A stretch of 64,000 nt of DNA from an uncultured Pseudomonadales bacterium. GTDB taxonomy: Bacteria; Patescibacteriota; Microgenomatia; UBA1400; UBA1396. Shown one piece after another: positions 1 to 9,423 of the stretch; within the stretch, counting starts at the first letter, position 1; every line of letters begins with the position of its first letter. Below the pieces are notes generated by a model that was not told the origin of the DNA, ran no database searches, and saw nothing but the letters and a program-made list of their open reading frames with translations. The position numbers and the translations under genes are program-made. Where the stretch lies: the NCBI GenBank assembly GCA_964511175.1, contig CAZEEI010000001.1, positions 23,216-87,215 on the forward strand, read 5' to 3'.

Positions 1-1104
1 GCCGTCTTGATCTGGATCGAGCGAACAAACCCCACTGTCGCTGGAGTCCCACAACTCATTACCGCTGGTTTTGGCGTCATAGAGCCGGAAGATGAAGTTA
101 ATTGGTGTGGTGATAGGAGTAGCGCCAGAGTCGGTTAAACGACCTTGGAAGCTAAGGACGCGGTTGGGCCGGGTTGCCGCGGAGGGGTAGGCGTAACGGG
201 GTGTTACTTCGCTAAAGAACTGCTGGTAGCCAAAAACGCCTACCATAACACAGAACACGAGCAGGATTGCCAAGTGGAGGTAGCTCGCCAAAGCTAAGCG
301 GGAATACCAGGCGTAGAGACCGCGCCAGCCGCCAGGTTGTGCCGCAGGCTCAGGGTCGGCGAAAAGGGATGCCACGGGACCTGGTTTAACCCGGGGTTTG
401 AACCAGGCCAGGGGAATAAAGCGTTCGGCGGTGGTTTGTAAAGTTTGAGTCAGATGGCTAGCCAGAGGATCACTGGGTAGATACTCTTCACGGTGGGCCC
501 AAGCAGTAAAGCGGTGCAAACTTTGCAGACGCTGGCGGAGAGTCCAAGCCGAACGGCCATTTTGCCGTTCTTTCTCGAGATAGGTAGCTATTTTGGGTTT
601 AGTGCAGATATCAACCAGCGGCGCTGCTGGCCAAAAATTGAGAAAAAGACGGACATCTTGTGCATAATTTTGGATGGTAGTTTCTTTGCAACCACTTTTA
701 GTTAGTGCCAAAACAAAGCGTTGAAGTATTTTTCCCCAGGCAAGTTCGTCTTTTGTACTGGTGCCAGGATTAGCTGGCAACTGCCAATTGAGTGATCCCG
801 GACTGACGCTTTGCCAAAACTGTTCGAATTTGCGCAGGGAGGCCAACTTGCGTGCCTGGGTGCTATCCGGAAAACCGTTGTCTTTCAGATAGCGCAAGTA
901 AGCTGCGAAAGTGGTTGGAGTTAGGTTCTCCAGAGGTAAATTGCCTATTTTTTCACTGTGCCAGAGGAAGAAGCGACGTACATCCGAAGCGTAATTTTTG
1001 ACTGTTTTGGCGCTGAGATGGTATTGCCGCAGCCAGTTTACAAACTGCGTTAATCCGGCATCAAAGTCAGAGGGGGGTAAGGTGGGCTTAGGCTTAGTGA
1101 ACAT
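1..1104 (-). CDS. 3'-truncated protein: two tandem phage-integrase N-terminal SAM-like (core-binding) domains, TM helix, start of an extracellular domain
   Basis: Hand translation from ATG 1104 is open to the window edge (368 codons): FVNWLRQYHLSAKTVKNYASDVRRFF...TQARKLASLRKF; FVLALTKSGCKETTIQNYAQDVRLFL...TLRQRLQSLHRFTAWA; TM YLHLAILLVFCVMVGVFGY; then VLSFQGRLTDSGATPI...FIFRLYDAKTSGNELW. Absent from the ORF track because there is no stop in the window. Confidence 0.85.
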   Translation of the reverse strand, partial: MFTKPKPTLPPSDFDAGLTQFVNWLRQYHLSAKTVKNYASDVRRFFLWHSEKIGNLPLENLTPTTFAAYLRYLKDNGFPDSTQARKLASLRKFEQFWQSVSPGSLNWQLPANPGTSTKDELAWGKILQRFVLALTKSGCKETTIQNYAQDVRLFLNFWPAAPLVDICTKPKIATYLEKERQNGRSAWTLRQRLQSLHRFTAWAHREEYLPSDPLASHLTQTLQTTAERFIPLAWFKPRVKPGPVASLFADPEPAAQPGGWRGLYAWYSRLALASYLHLAILLVFCVMVGVFGYQQFFSEVTPRYAYPSAATRPNRVLSFQGRLTDSGATPITTPINFIFRLYDAKTSGNELWDSSDSGVCSLDPDQDG

Positions 1105-1480
1105 GGCAGGTGGTTTCCTCTGGTATTAGACCGGATTAGACCTTATTTAGCATAGGTTTAAAGGAAGGTAATCTCAAGGGATAAACCAGGCTAATTACCA
1201 GGTAGCCAGGCTAAGGCCATGCCGGAATATTAAGAGATAATCGCTTTTTTCACGCAGGATAAAACAGTCGTAACTAACTCAATTTGCGTCAATAACATAG
1301 GGTTATCCCCAATAAAAAGATTGTGGGGAATGTTATATTTGCTTTAAATACAGAACACAAAATGAATCGTCTTAATTCTCTTGAGGAAAATCCACTGTTT
1401 TTAATGATTCTGGTTAGCCCAGATGTAATCTTTTCTAAAGATTCTGGTATTATTGACGCAGTGAGGTATGAAAACAAAAT

Positions 1481-2266
1481 ATGCGTGCGGTAATGCGTGA
1501 GACCTTGGGTTTATTAGCACTGGGTAGCCTGGAAGAACTTTGGCAAGGGCAGATACCCACTCAGCCATTAAGTCTGACCTATCTGGATTTAGCCCAATTG
1601 AGGCCGCGTTATGCCGCCTCTTCTTGGCGAGTGACTCTCAATAAGATGGTTCAGCAACGGCAGATCCTGAAGGTTTACCGCCAAGGAAGAGTGGCTTTCC
1701 AGATAGCCAAACAAGGTTGGCAGGAGTTTCAGGCTTTAAACCCTATTTTTTGGACTCGATTAGAGAGCGAATGGTCCTTGGCCATCTATCGGTCGTTCCG
1801 ACCGCAAAATAAGGCAACTGGCCAGGCTAGAAGGCTACTAGCGCAAGCTGGTTACCAGGTTATTCAGAATGGTATAGCCTGCCGGCCTAATACTACCTAT
1901 TCGGACTACTTACCCAGGCAATTGTCTGATCTGGGCTACAACTTGAGTATAATCTCGTTTTCGCCTAGTGGAGTGCGGTCAACTAGTATCCAAGAATTGC
2001 TCATAACCGGTGAAAGACCGCTCAATCTCCTTAGGGAAAGAGAGAAAATTAGCAGAAACATATCAGAAGTGCTAATGAAACTAAATAGAGATAAAATATT
2101 GAAGAATCAATCAAAAGAACACATTGGCGGTATGCTTATATCGGGTCTAACCTTTATCCAGCGGTTACGTTGGTTTGATCTGGGTGAGGGGGACAGTCAC
2201 GCCGATCTTCTTAACCTCATTAGCCAACTTGATGCTTTAATGCGGCAATATGCGTTAAAAAAATAA
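1481..2266 (+). CDS. PaaX-like transcriptional regulator (wHTH plus central ferredoxin-like domain), diverged
   Basis: SSWRVTLNKMVQQRQILKVYRQGRVAFQIAKQG fits a PaaX wHTH; W..EWSLAIY...RRLLAQAGYQVIQNGIACRP fits the PaaX central motif. Confidence 0.6.
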   Translation: MRAVMRETLGLLALGSLEELWQGQIPTQPLSLTYLDLAQLRPRYAASSWRVTLNKMVQQRQILKVYRQGRVAFQIAKQGWQEFQALNPIFWTRLESEWSLAIYRSFRPQNKATGQARRLLAQAGYQVIQNGIACRPNTTYSDYLPRQLSDLGYNLSIISFSPSGVRSTSIQELLITGERPLNLLREREKISRNISEVLMKLNRDKILKNQSKEHIGGMLISGLTFIQRLRWFDLGEGDSHADLLNLISQLDALMRQYALKK

Positions 2267-2480
2267 GCCTGGAGAGGGGTATAAAATTAACGCAGAGACT
2301 TTTGCAGTAATACTGCGGTATTCACGCGAACCAGGCTGAAAGATCGCCAATATGATGAGGTAATCTGTTTTAAGGATAGGCACTTGATATATTTATATTC
2401 AGTTAAACTTCTTTATATTTATGCGCGTTAATTAAGCGGGAAAACACCAGAGTAAAAACACTTAGTGCAACAATCTGCGT

Positions 2481-3233
2481 TTAATAATTTGGAACCGCCA
2501 GGAAGTCAATTACGGTCTGGTAAGTACCCGCCGCCTGAGAGCCGTTAACCGCAGCTTGGTAGGTGACGGTTAAAACATCATCTTTAACCACCTGGTTATG
2601 CTCGGCTATTACTTGTGGCGATTGGCTATTTTCCCGGTCGGCAAAAGGGCGAAAATAGGTGCCGTTGGTAAAATCCGTCGATCGGTGCACGCCAGCCACG
2701 TTGAAGCCGAAACCGACCTCGCTGGCGCTGTTCCAAACGGCTGCCGTATCGATATCGCAACCGCCGCCACAATCGGCATGAGCAATGTCTGGTGCCATGA
2801 CACCACCTGCCTGGCGCAGTTGATGATCGGCTGCCGCTAGAATGCTGTAGCCGCCAGAGCGGGTAGAAACCACCAGCTGGTTGGTGGCCGTATTAAACAC
2901 GTCCGGAGAAAGGATGCCCAAGTTAATATCTAGTCCCAGAATACGAAAATTAAAACGGGGAATAGCGTAAACATACTGAAATCCGGAGAACACCCGGTAG
3001 CCGGTAGGGTTCAGGCCAAACTGTCCTGGCGCGTTTTGTCCCACGGTGTCGGTTACGGTGTAACCGCCGCCGCTTTTAGTGCCAGAGGTGGTGTTAAAGT
3101 TGCCAAACTGGATGATGTAGCTGTCGGAGCGCATATTTTCCGCCTGAATTAGGGGGGCACTGCCTAAACCAAGACAAATTGCCGCCAATCCTAGAGCGGC
3201 CCAACCTTGCCAACGCGGGCGCAGATAAGACAT
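2481..3233 (-). CDS. Exported beta-rich protein of unknown function
   Basis: Signal peptide (AALGLAAICLGLGSAPLIQA), G/T/N-rich mature part, C-terminal AGTYQTVIDFLAVPNY strand typical of surface beta-sandwich proteins. Confidence 0.7.
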   Translation of the reverse strand: MSYLRPRWQGWAALGLAAICLGLGSAPLIQAENMRSDSYIIQFGNFNTTSGTKSGGGYTVTDTVGQNAPGQFGLNPTGYRVFSGFQYVYAIPRFNFRILGLDINLGILSPDVFNTATNQLVVSTRSGGYSILAAADHQLRQAGGVMAPDIAHADCGGGCDIDTAAVWNSASEVGFGFNVAGVHRSTDFTNGTYFRPFADRENSQSPQVIAEHNQVVKDDVLTVTYQAAVNGSQAAGTYQTVIDFLAVPNY

Positions 3234-3923
3234 TTAGGTCTCCTCAACAGCCTCGTCAGGCTGTAAATTGTCTAGAATTCGATCAGCTGATTCTTCCAAA
3301 ATTACCAGCTGCTTAACCACAATGGTGGTATTTTGCGGCGTCAAACTAAGCGACTGACGAACCTGACGTAGTTTGGGCTGTAGGAACCGCCGCAACCAGG
3401 CGGAAAGTCGGGCTTCCTCTTGAGCAATAGCCTCGGTTTCATTTTCCAGTTGGTGAGTTTTCTCCCGAGCTTCGGTAAACTGCTGCCTGGCAAAAATTAA
3501 AAGCGGCAGCAAGAAGGGAAGAGAAAGTAATTCGATTAAATCGGCTTTACCCAAGGGATGAACCGAAGTCCCCCAGAGAAAAATGGTCAGCAGAACCACA
3601 CTAACCAGATTGCCCACCAAAGTAAAACTGAGTGCCCCAAAAAATAGCAGCAAGTGAAAGAGCGGCAGAAAAGGCGACGCAATACTACCAGTGGAGCCAA
3701 CTACCAGGGCAATCGCCGCAGTAAGGAAAGCCGTTTCTAGTGATTGCGGATTGGGTAAAATATGGTGGCCAGCGGCCCGGGACAACCGCTTGGAGATGAA
3801 GAAAATAACCAGTAGGCAGGCGGTCATCTGCAGTGAATACGGGCGCAGATTAGGCAGAGAAACCCAGAGGTACGAAGCAACTAGGGAAACAAACAACAAT
3901 AGCGACTCCAATAGGGCAGGCAT
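3234..3923 (-). CDS. Multi-pass membrane protein with C-terminal coiled coil
   Basis: About 5-6 hydrophobic segments then a charged helix; its stop directly abuts the ATG of 2481-3233. Confidence 0.7.
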   Translation of the reverse strand: MPALLESLLLFVSLVASYLWVSLPNLRPYSLQMTACLLVIFFISKRLSRAAGHHILPNPQSLETAFLTAAIALVVGSTGSIASPFLPLFHLLLFFGALSFTLVGNLVSVVLLTIFLWGTSVHPLGKADLIELLSLPFLLPLLIFARQQFTEAREKTHQLENETEAIAQEEARLSAWLRRFLQPKLRQVRQSLSLTPQNTTIVVKQLVILEESADRILDNLQPDEAVEET

Positions 3924-3963
3924 ATGGTTGGCTCAGTTTAACATAAGTGATATCATTGCAGCC

Positions 3964-6546
3964 ATGGCTTACGACCACCGGTCTCTTGAGAAAAAGTATA
4001 CTCAGCAGTGGCGAGAGCAACGTCTCTATGAGCCCGATTTGCGCGCCGCCGCACGGCCTTATTACAACCTCATGATGTTTCCTTATCCCTCGGCAGAAGG
4101 GCTGCACGTGGGTAACATGTATGCCTTTACCGGTGCTGACGTTCACGGCCGGTTTTACCGAATGTTGGGATTTGACGTTTTTGAACCGATTGGTTTGGAT
4201 GGTTTTGGTATTCACTCGGAGAATTACGCCATCAAAGTAGGTCGCCATCCGGCGCAGCAGGCTAAAGTCTCTGAGGATAATTTTTACCGTCAGCTGGGAG
4301 CGATCGGCAATGGATTCGCCTGGGAAGAACGCCTGGAAACTTACGATCCGGAGTATTATCGCTGGACACAGTGGCTGATGATGCAAATGTTCAAGCATGG
4401 TCTGGCTTACAAAGCCGAAGCGGCAGTGAACTGGTGTCCTTTTGACAAAACGGTTTTGGCCGACGAGCAAGTCGAGGACGGGGTGTGCGAGCGCTGTAAA
4501 AATCCGGTCGAGCGGCGCACGATGAGCTCCTGGTTTTTGCGGATTACCGATTATGCGGACCGCTTGTTGGATAATATCGACAATTACGCCTGGCAGGATG
4601 CTGAGGGGAAAACGCACCGCGGTTTGCAGTGGCCTGGTAAAGTGACCACTGCCCAGCGGAACTGGATTGGGCGCACGACTGGCTTGGATATTGATTTTGC
4701 TCTGGAAAATAGCCCGGAAAAAATTACCGTTTGGACTAAGTTTTGGGAAACGATTTTTGGTGTTACATACTTGGTTTTGGCTCCCGAGCATCCATTGGCG
4801 AGCCGCATTGCCAGCCAGTCACAAAAAACGGCTGTGGCGGAGTACATCCACTCGGCTTTGAATCGATCAGAGCAGGACCGTCAGGCTGGCCAGGAAAAAA
4901 GTGGCGTATTTACCGGTGCTTACGCCGTTAATCCGGTTAACGGTGAACGAGTACCTATCTGGATTGCCGACTATGTTTTAACGACTGTTGGAACTGGGGC
5001 GGTAATGGGTGTGCCGGCGCATGATGAGCGAGACTTTGCTTTTGCTCAGAAATTTGGTTTACCGATTATTCAGGTAGTAGCTTACGCTGACCCCCAAATC
5101 AATCAGGCAGTGGCTCGAGGAGAGCGTTCGTATGAGGGGGAAGGAGTACTTCTGCACTCTGGCCAGTTCGACGGACAAGCGGCTTGGGGAGAGGGAAAAA
5201 CGGCCATTCAAAATTGGCTGGTTAACCAAAATTGGGCGCGCGAACGAGTTAATTATCACCTACGCGATTGGCTGATCTCCCGCCAGCGTTACTGGGGGCC
5301 GCCCATTCCGTTAATCTACTGTGAACATTGTGCTGAACAGGGCAAAGGTGAGCGCCCCGAATTGCCTGGCTGGTATGCGGTGCCGGAAGCGGATTTACCG
5401 GTTCTTTTGCCAGAAATTAGCGACTTCAAACCCAAGGGTGACGGTACTTCGCCGCTGGCCAACGCGCCAGACGACTGGAAGTCGGCCGCCTGTCCAGTTT
5501 GTGGCCAACCGGCCAAACGCGAGCTCGATGTTTCCGATACTTTTTTGGATTCGGCTTGGTATTTTCTGCGCTATCCCTGGTTGGGCGAAAACGATCACCC
5601 GTTCGGAACGGTTCTGCCGTTTGAAAACCTCAAGGAGAATCGACCTGGAACGATTCTTCCAGAGGTAGCTGAGCGCCAGAAGCGTTCTCAACTTAGCTGG
5701 TTCCCGGTTGACGCCTATATCGGCGGTGCCGAGCACGCAGTGTTGCACCTGCTTTATGCCCGCTTTGTCACCATGGCTCTGCACGATTGGGGTTATTTAC
5801 CCAGTGATGAACCTTTTCCATTTTTATTCGGCCACGGACTGATCATCAAGGACGGCGCCAAAATGAGTAAGTCGCGCGGCAATGTGGTTAATCCGGACGA
5901 GTATATCGCCAAGTACGGCGCTGACGCTCTGCGTGCCTATCTGATGTTTTTGGGACCCTATGACCAGGGCGGCGACTTTCGCGACACCGGTATGAGTGGC
6001 ATGTACAAGTGGCTGACGCGGATTTGGGATCAATTCAGCCAAATTTCGGGCGAGGCGACTGATCCAGATCTCAAGCGAAAACTCCACCAAGTAATTGCAG
6101 CTAATACCGCTGATCTCTACCAGTTTAAATACAATACCTGTTTAGCTCGGCTTATGGAGGTGGTTAACCTCTGGCGTGAAGGGGAGACGATGGGGCGGCC
6201 GGAAGCGATTATTTTCCTCCAGCTGTTGGCACCGTTTGCGCCGTTTCTAACCGAGGCGCTTTACCAGCAAATTCAGGATAAAAACGGAACGAGTGTGTTC
6301 CATTCGATTCATAGTTCAATTTGGCCGCCAGCTAATTCGGCCCTACTCGAGGCGGAAACAATCCCGATCGCCATTCAGGTCAATGGCAAACTGCGGGGTG
6401 TGATCGAAGTTAATCTGCAGCAGGCAACTGATCAGGAGTTTTTAACAACTAAGGCCAAGCAACACGAAACAGTACAGCGTTTTCTCACCGCCGAATCCAA
6501 AAAAGTTATTGTCGTTCCCGGTAAAATTATCAACTTTGTGATCTAA
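3964..6546 (+). CDS. leuS: Leucine--tRNA ligase
   Basis: MFPYPSAEGLHVGN (HIGH), KMSKS, GTGAVMGVPAHDERD, DWLISRQRYWG; start moved to ATG 3964. Confidence 0.98.
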   Translation: MAYDHRSLEKKYTQQWREQRLYEPDLRAAARPYYNLMMFPYPSAEGLHVGNMYAFTGADVHGRFYRMLGFDVFEPIGLDGFGIHSENYAIKVGRHPAQQAKVSEDNFYRQLGAIGNGFAWEERLETYDPEYYRWTQWLMMQMFKHGLAYKAEAAVNWCPFDKTVLADEQVEDGVCERCKNPVERRTMSSWFLRITDYADRLLDNIDNYAWQDAEGKTHRGLQWPGKVTTAQRNWIGRTTGLDIDFALENSPEKITVWTKFWETIFGVTYLVLAPEHPLASRIASQSQKTAVAEYIHSALNRSEQDRQAGQEKSGVFTGAYAVNPVNGERVPIWIADYVLTTVGTGAVMGVPAHDERDFAFAQKFGLPIIQVVAYADPQINQAVARGERSYEGEGVLLHSGQFDGQAAWGEGKTAIQNWLVNQNWARERVNYHLRDWLISRQRYWGPPIPLIYCEHCAEQGKGERPELPGWYAVPEADLPVLLPEISDFKPKGDGTSPLANAPDDWKSAACPVCGQPAKRELDVSDTFLDSAWYFLRYPWLGENDHPFGTVLPFENLKENRPGTILPEVAERQKRSQLSWFPVDAYIGGAEHAVLHLLYARFVTMALHDWGYLPSDEPFPFLFGHGLIIKDGAKMSKSRGNVVNPDEYIAKYGADALRAYLMFLGPYDQGGDFRDTGMSGMYKWLTRIWDQFSQISGEATDPDLKRKLHQVIAANTADLYQFKYNTCLARLMEVVNLWREGETMGRPEAIIFLQLLAPFAPFLTEALYQQIQDKNGTSVFHSIHSSIWPPANSALLEAETIPIAIQVNGKLRGVIEVNLQQATDQEFLTTKAKQHETVQRFLTAESKKVIVVPGKIINFVI

Positions 6547-6586
6547 CGGTCAGTATTTAGTCAGATTCGCCTGATTTACTGCAAGG

Positions 6587-7237
6587 GTGAAGCAATGGTG
6601 GCGACAATATTGGTTACGCACGGTGCTTGGACTTTCCGGGTTGATAAGTTGTGTCTTGGGAGCAGTTTTTACCTACAAGGCCCACTATGAACACCCGCAG
6701 TATAGTTACTTGCCGGCCGACCAGGAGTGGCGTGATCACTTACACGAAGTAGTTGACTTAGCCCGCCGTCAAACGGATGCGTCCGCTGCCGCCGAACTCC
6801 TGGTTGATGTGGCTGGTGCAGTGGTTAAACCTGGTGTATATCAAGTTAACGCCGGCGGACGCATCCAAGAGGCTATTTTGGCGGCCGGCGGTTTTGCTGT
6901 GGAAGCAGATCAACAATATATCCATCAAAAGCTAAATTTGGCCGACCTACTGCACGACCGTAGCAAAATTTATATTCCCTTTACAGGTGAGATTGATCCG
7001 TCCGTTCAAGCCAACACTGATGCCAGTGTATCAACGACCGAAACTAGTCAGATAGTTAATCTCAATACTGCCAGTAGTATCGAATTGCAGAGTTTGACTG
7101 GAATAGGTGACAAAAGAGCTACGGAAATTATTGCGGCGCGCCCAATTGCTAACGAGCAGGATCTAATTGCCCGCACTAGTATCGGCGCAAGTATTTTGAC
7201 TAATATTATTGCTGATGGATTTACTTTGACATATTAA
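6587..7237 (+). CDS. comEA: Competence DNA receptor ComEA (TM, SLBB, HhH)
   Basis: VDVAGAVVKPGVY SLBB domain; VNLNTASSIELQSLTGIGDKRATEIIAAR HhH domain. Confidence 0.92.
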   Translation: MKQWWRQYWLRTVLGLSGLISCVLGAVFTYKAHYEHPQYSYLPADQEWRDHLHEVVDLARRQTDASAAAELLVDVAGAVVKPGVYQVNAGGRIQEAILAAGGFAVEADQQYIHQKLNLADLLHDRSKIYIPFTGEIDPSVQANTDASVSTTETSQIVNLNTASSIELQSLTGIGDKRATEIIAARPIANEQDLIARTSIGASILTNIIADGFTLTY

Positions 7238-7515
7238 TATTAACGAATAATAAGCAAATATGAATAATATCAACGCAAAATAGTGAAGAGAAATAAAAAA
7301 GGAGATAATTTTCGAAAATGATAAAAATTAACGCAATATGATTTATAAATACAAAAAACGAGTTTTACTTGGCTTTTAATGATTAAGTAAGGTTGGTTTT
7401 CGACAGTTTACGGCGATTTTGCTAATCACTGTTGATTGGATAAAAAACCTTATTGAAAAGGAAGAAAAGATGAAATTACTTATTTCTGTTTCGGTTTTTA
7501 ATCGGAAAGATAAAA

Positions 7516-8409
7516 ATGGTTGATGTTTTGGCTGATGCTCAAGCATTGGGAGCGGGCCTCTTGATAGGCAATGACCGCGGGTTGTCGTCGTCTGCCAACC
7601 AGCTTTTCCAGGCTGCCAGTATCCAGCACCTCACTGCAGCCAGCGGGGCTAATCTGGGTTTGGCGGTCTGGCTGGCTGGGCCACTACTTTATCCCTGGAA
7701 TTACCGACTCAAACACCTGGGCAAAGGGATAGTTTACGCTGTTTACTGGCTAATCGCCGGCGGTAGCGGCTCTCTTTGGCGGGCGTCAGTGATGGCCTTA
7801 TTATTATGGTTTAGCCACTGTTTAGGTCGTAAAACGGCTCAATGGTATGTCTGGTTGTTCACTATCTTGGTGGGCCAACTAAGTAATGTTTCTTATTACC
7901 GCACCAAGGGATTCTGGTTGTCGGCCGCCGCGGTACTAGGAATGTTGTTTTCACAGAAAGTTAAGCCAGGTGAAAATTACATGGCCTTATTACCGCAATG
8001 GCAAAGGTGGGTTAAAAGCTTATTTTTGCCTATATATTTTGGCTTAATAGTGACTATCTTTGTGTTACCTTTTCTTTGGCAATTCTTCGGTCAATTAAGC
8101 CTCAACAGCGCTTTTTCCACCGCTTTAGCTTCGCCTTTTATTTTCCCCCTACAGTTGACCGCCTTATTTTTCTTCGGGTCTCAGCATTTTCTCAGGTGGG
8201 TAGCGCCTTGGTTGGCTCTATGCCTAGTCGGAGAATACCGTCTTTTTACCCACTTCATTAGGCAATTTGTTAATTTTATCCAATCCAGTTGGTTTGTTTT
8301 GTTTTCGGTAATGAGTTTAATTGTGGCGCTGAGGTTAGGTTTTCGGGTTTGCCGATTAATTCAACAACAACGATACTGCCAAAAGCGATATCAAATATGG
8401 CAAGTTTGA
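7516..8409 (+). CDS. comEC: ComEC/Rec2 membrane (Competence) domain
   Basis: LLIGND...HLTAASGAN...SLWRASVM...GFWLSAAA motifs, hydrophobic, follows comEA. Confidence 0.8.
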   Translation: MVDVLADAQALGAGLLIGNDRGLSSSANQLFQAASIQHLTAASGANLGLAVWLAGPLLYPWNYRLKHLGKGIVYAVYWLIAGGSGSLWRASVMALLLWFSHCLGRKTAQWYVWLFTILVGQLSNVSYYRTKGFWLSAAAVLGMLFSQKVKPGENYMALLPQWQRWVKSLFLPIYFGLIVTIFVLPFLWQFFGQLSLNSAFSTALASPFIFPLQLTALFFFGSQHFLRWVAPWLALCLVGEYRLFTHFIRQFVNFIQSSWFVLFSVMSLIVALRLGFRVCRLIQQQRYCQKRYQIWQV

Positions 8410-9272
8410 TGTTCAGCGCCAATCGCTTAGGTTTACTAATTGGCGGCGGATTGTGTTTAGTTGGTTGGTTTATGGCGGCTACTCAGCCAATTTATCCCCA
8501 AGTGATAGCTTGTGACGTAGGTCAAGGAGACGCGATCCTCCTGCGCTATGGTACAGTTGCGGTTTTAGTAGATGTTGGACGGAAACAAGGCATCTTGCCC
8601 TGTCTAAGATATAAGCTTGCTTTGGGGCAGACCAGCATCCAAACAGTTCTTCTCACCCATTGGGACGATGATCATATCGGGGCTTTTTCGGATGTAGCGG
8701 CGGCCTACCGGATTGGAACAGTGATTAGTAACCCGAACATTAAGGACTCAACTACCGCTCAACAAGTGGTTGAAACAATTAAGCAGGCCAGGGTAAATTT
8801 GACTCCCAGTCCGGGCGATGAACTGGTTTTCCCGGGCGGCAGGGTTCGTTTTGTCTGGTCGGCAACAGCGATAAGCGATCCCGCCACCAATACAACCGAA
8901 AATGATCGTTCCATTGGGATAGTGGCTAGCTTTAAAAGTTTCGGGTTTTTAGGTCTAGGTGACCTAGAGTGTGCCTCAGAATTAGCAGTCTCTAACTTAC
9001 CTCTGCTAATTTCGACGCCAATTTTAAAAATATCGCACCATGGGTCAAAAACATCATCTTGCACTCCTTTTATCGCTAAAATTGAGCCCGAAATAGCGAT
9101 CCTCTCGGTTGGTGAGGATAATAAGTATGGTCATCCCGCAGCAGAAATTTTAGCGATTTTGCGCGACCAGGCGACAACGGTTTTACGTACCGACCAGCTG
9201 GGTAGCCTGGAGATCCAGAGGAAAGGGAAAAATTGGTTATGGCGTTCGCAGCGTTGGTCAAACAGTGATTAA
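8397..9272 (+). CDS. ComEC-type metallo-beta-lactamase domain as a separate gene
   Basis: CDVGQGDAIL, LTHWDDDHIG, NDRSI, GDL, LKISHHGSKTS, YGHP, RTDQLG; overlaps the end of the comEC membrane gene. Confidence 0.88.
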   Translation: MASLMFSANRLGLLIGGGLCLVGWFMAATQPIYPQVIACDVGQGDAILLRYGTVAVLVDVGRKQGILPCLRYKLALGQTSIQTVLLTHWDDDHIGAFSDVAAAYRIGTVISNPNIKDSTTAQQVVETIKQARVNLTPSPGDELVFPGGRVRFVWSATAISDPATNTTENDRSIGIVASFKSFGFLGLGDLECASELAVSNLPLLISTPILKISHHGSKTSSCTPFIAKIEPEIAILSVGEDNKYGHPAAEILAILRDQATTVLRTDQLGSLEIQRKGKNWLWRSQRWSNSD

Positions 9273-9423
9273 TTAAAGTTGACAAATCCAACTGCAAATA
9301 TTGGGATTAAAACGTTTATTATTTATTTCGGGTTTAATCTGTATCGGGTAAAGTTTGGGATTTTTAATTAATAAAGTTTTTTGTTGCAAGACATAAAGAT
9401 ACTAATATATAAAATATGGGATT

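Noticed and set aside
1481-2266. Cas2/CRISPR interpretation of the PaaX-like gene
   Set aside because: No cas1 or other cas genes and no repeat-spacer array; the wHTH fits PaaX.
1-2266. Prophage or integrative element suggested by integrase-like domains
   Set aside because: No catalytic recombinase domain, phage genes or att duplication visible.
2382-2409. Second dif-like 28-mer resembling Bacillus dif
   Set aside because: The core TTATG of the XerD arm is broken and the surroundings are very AT-rich, so chance is likely.
3691-3963. N-terminal extension of LeuS in the ORF track
   Set aside because: Overlaps an opposite-strand gene; homology and a -10 box point to ATG 3964.
3850-6090. Long antisense and alternate-frame ORFs within leuS (and similar ones across other housekeeping genes)
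   Set aside because: Shadows of well-supported genes with no motifs of their own.
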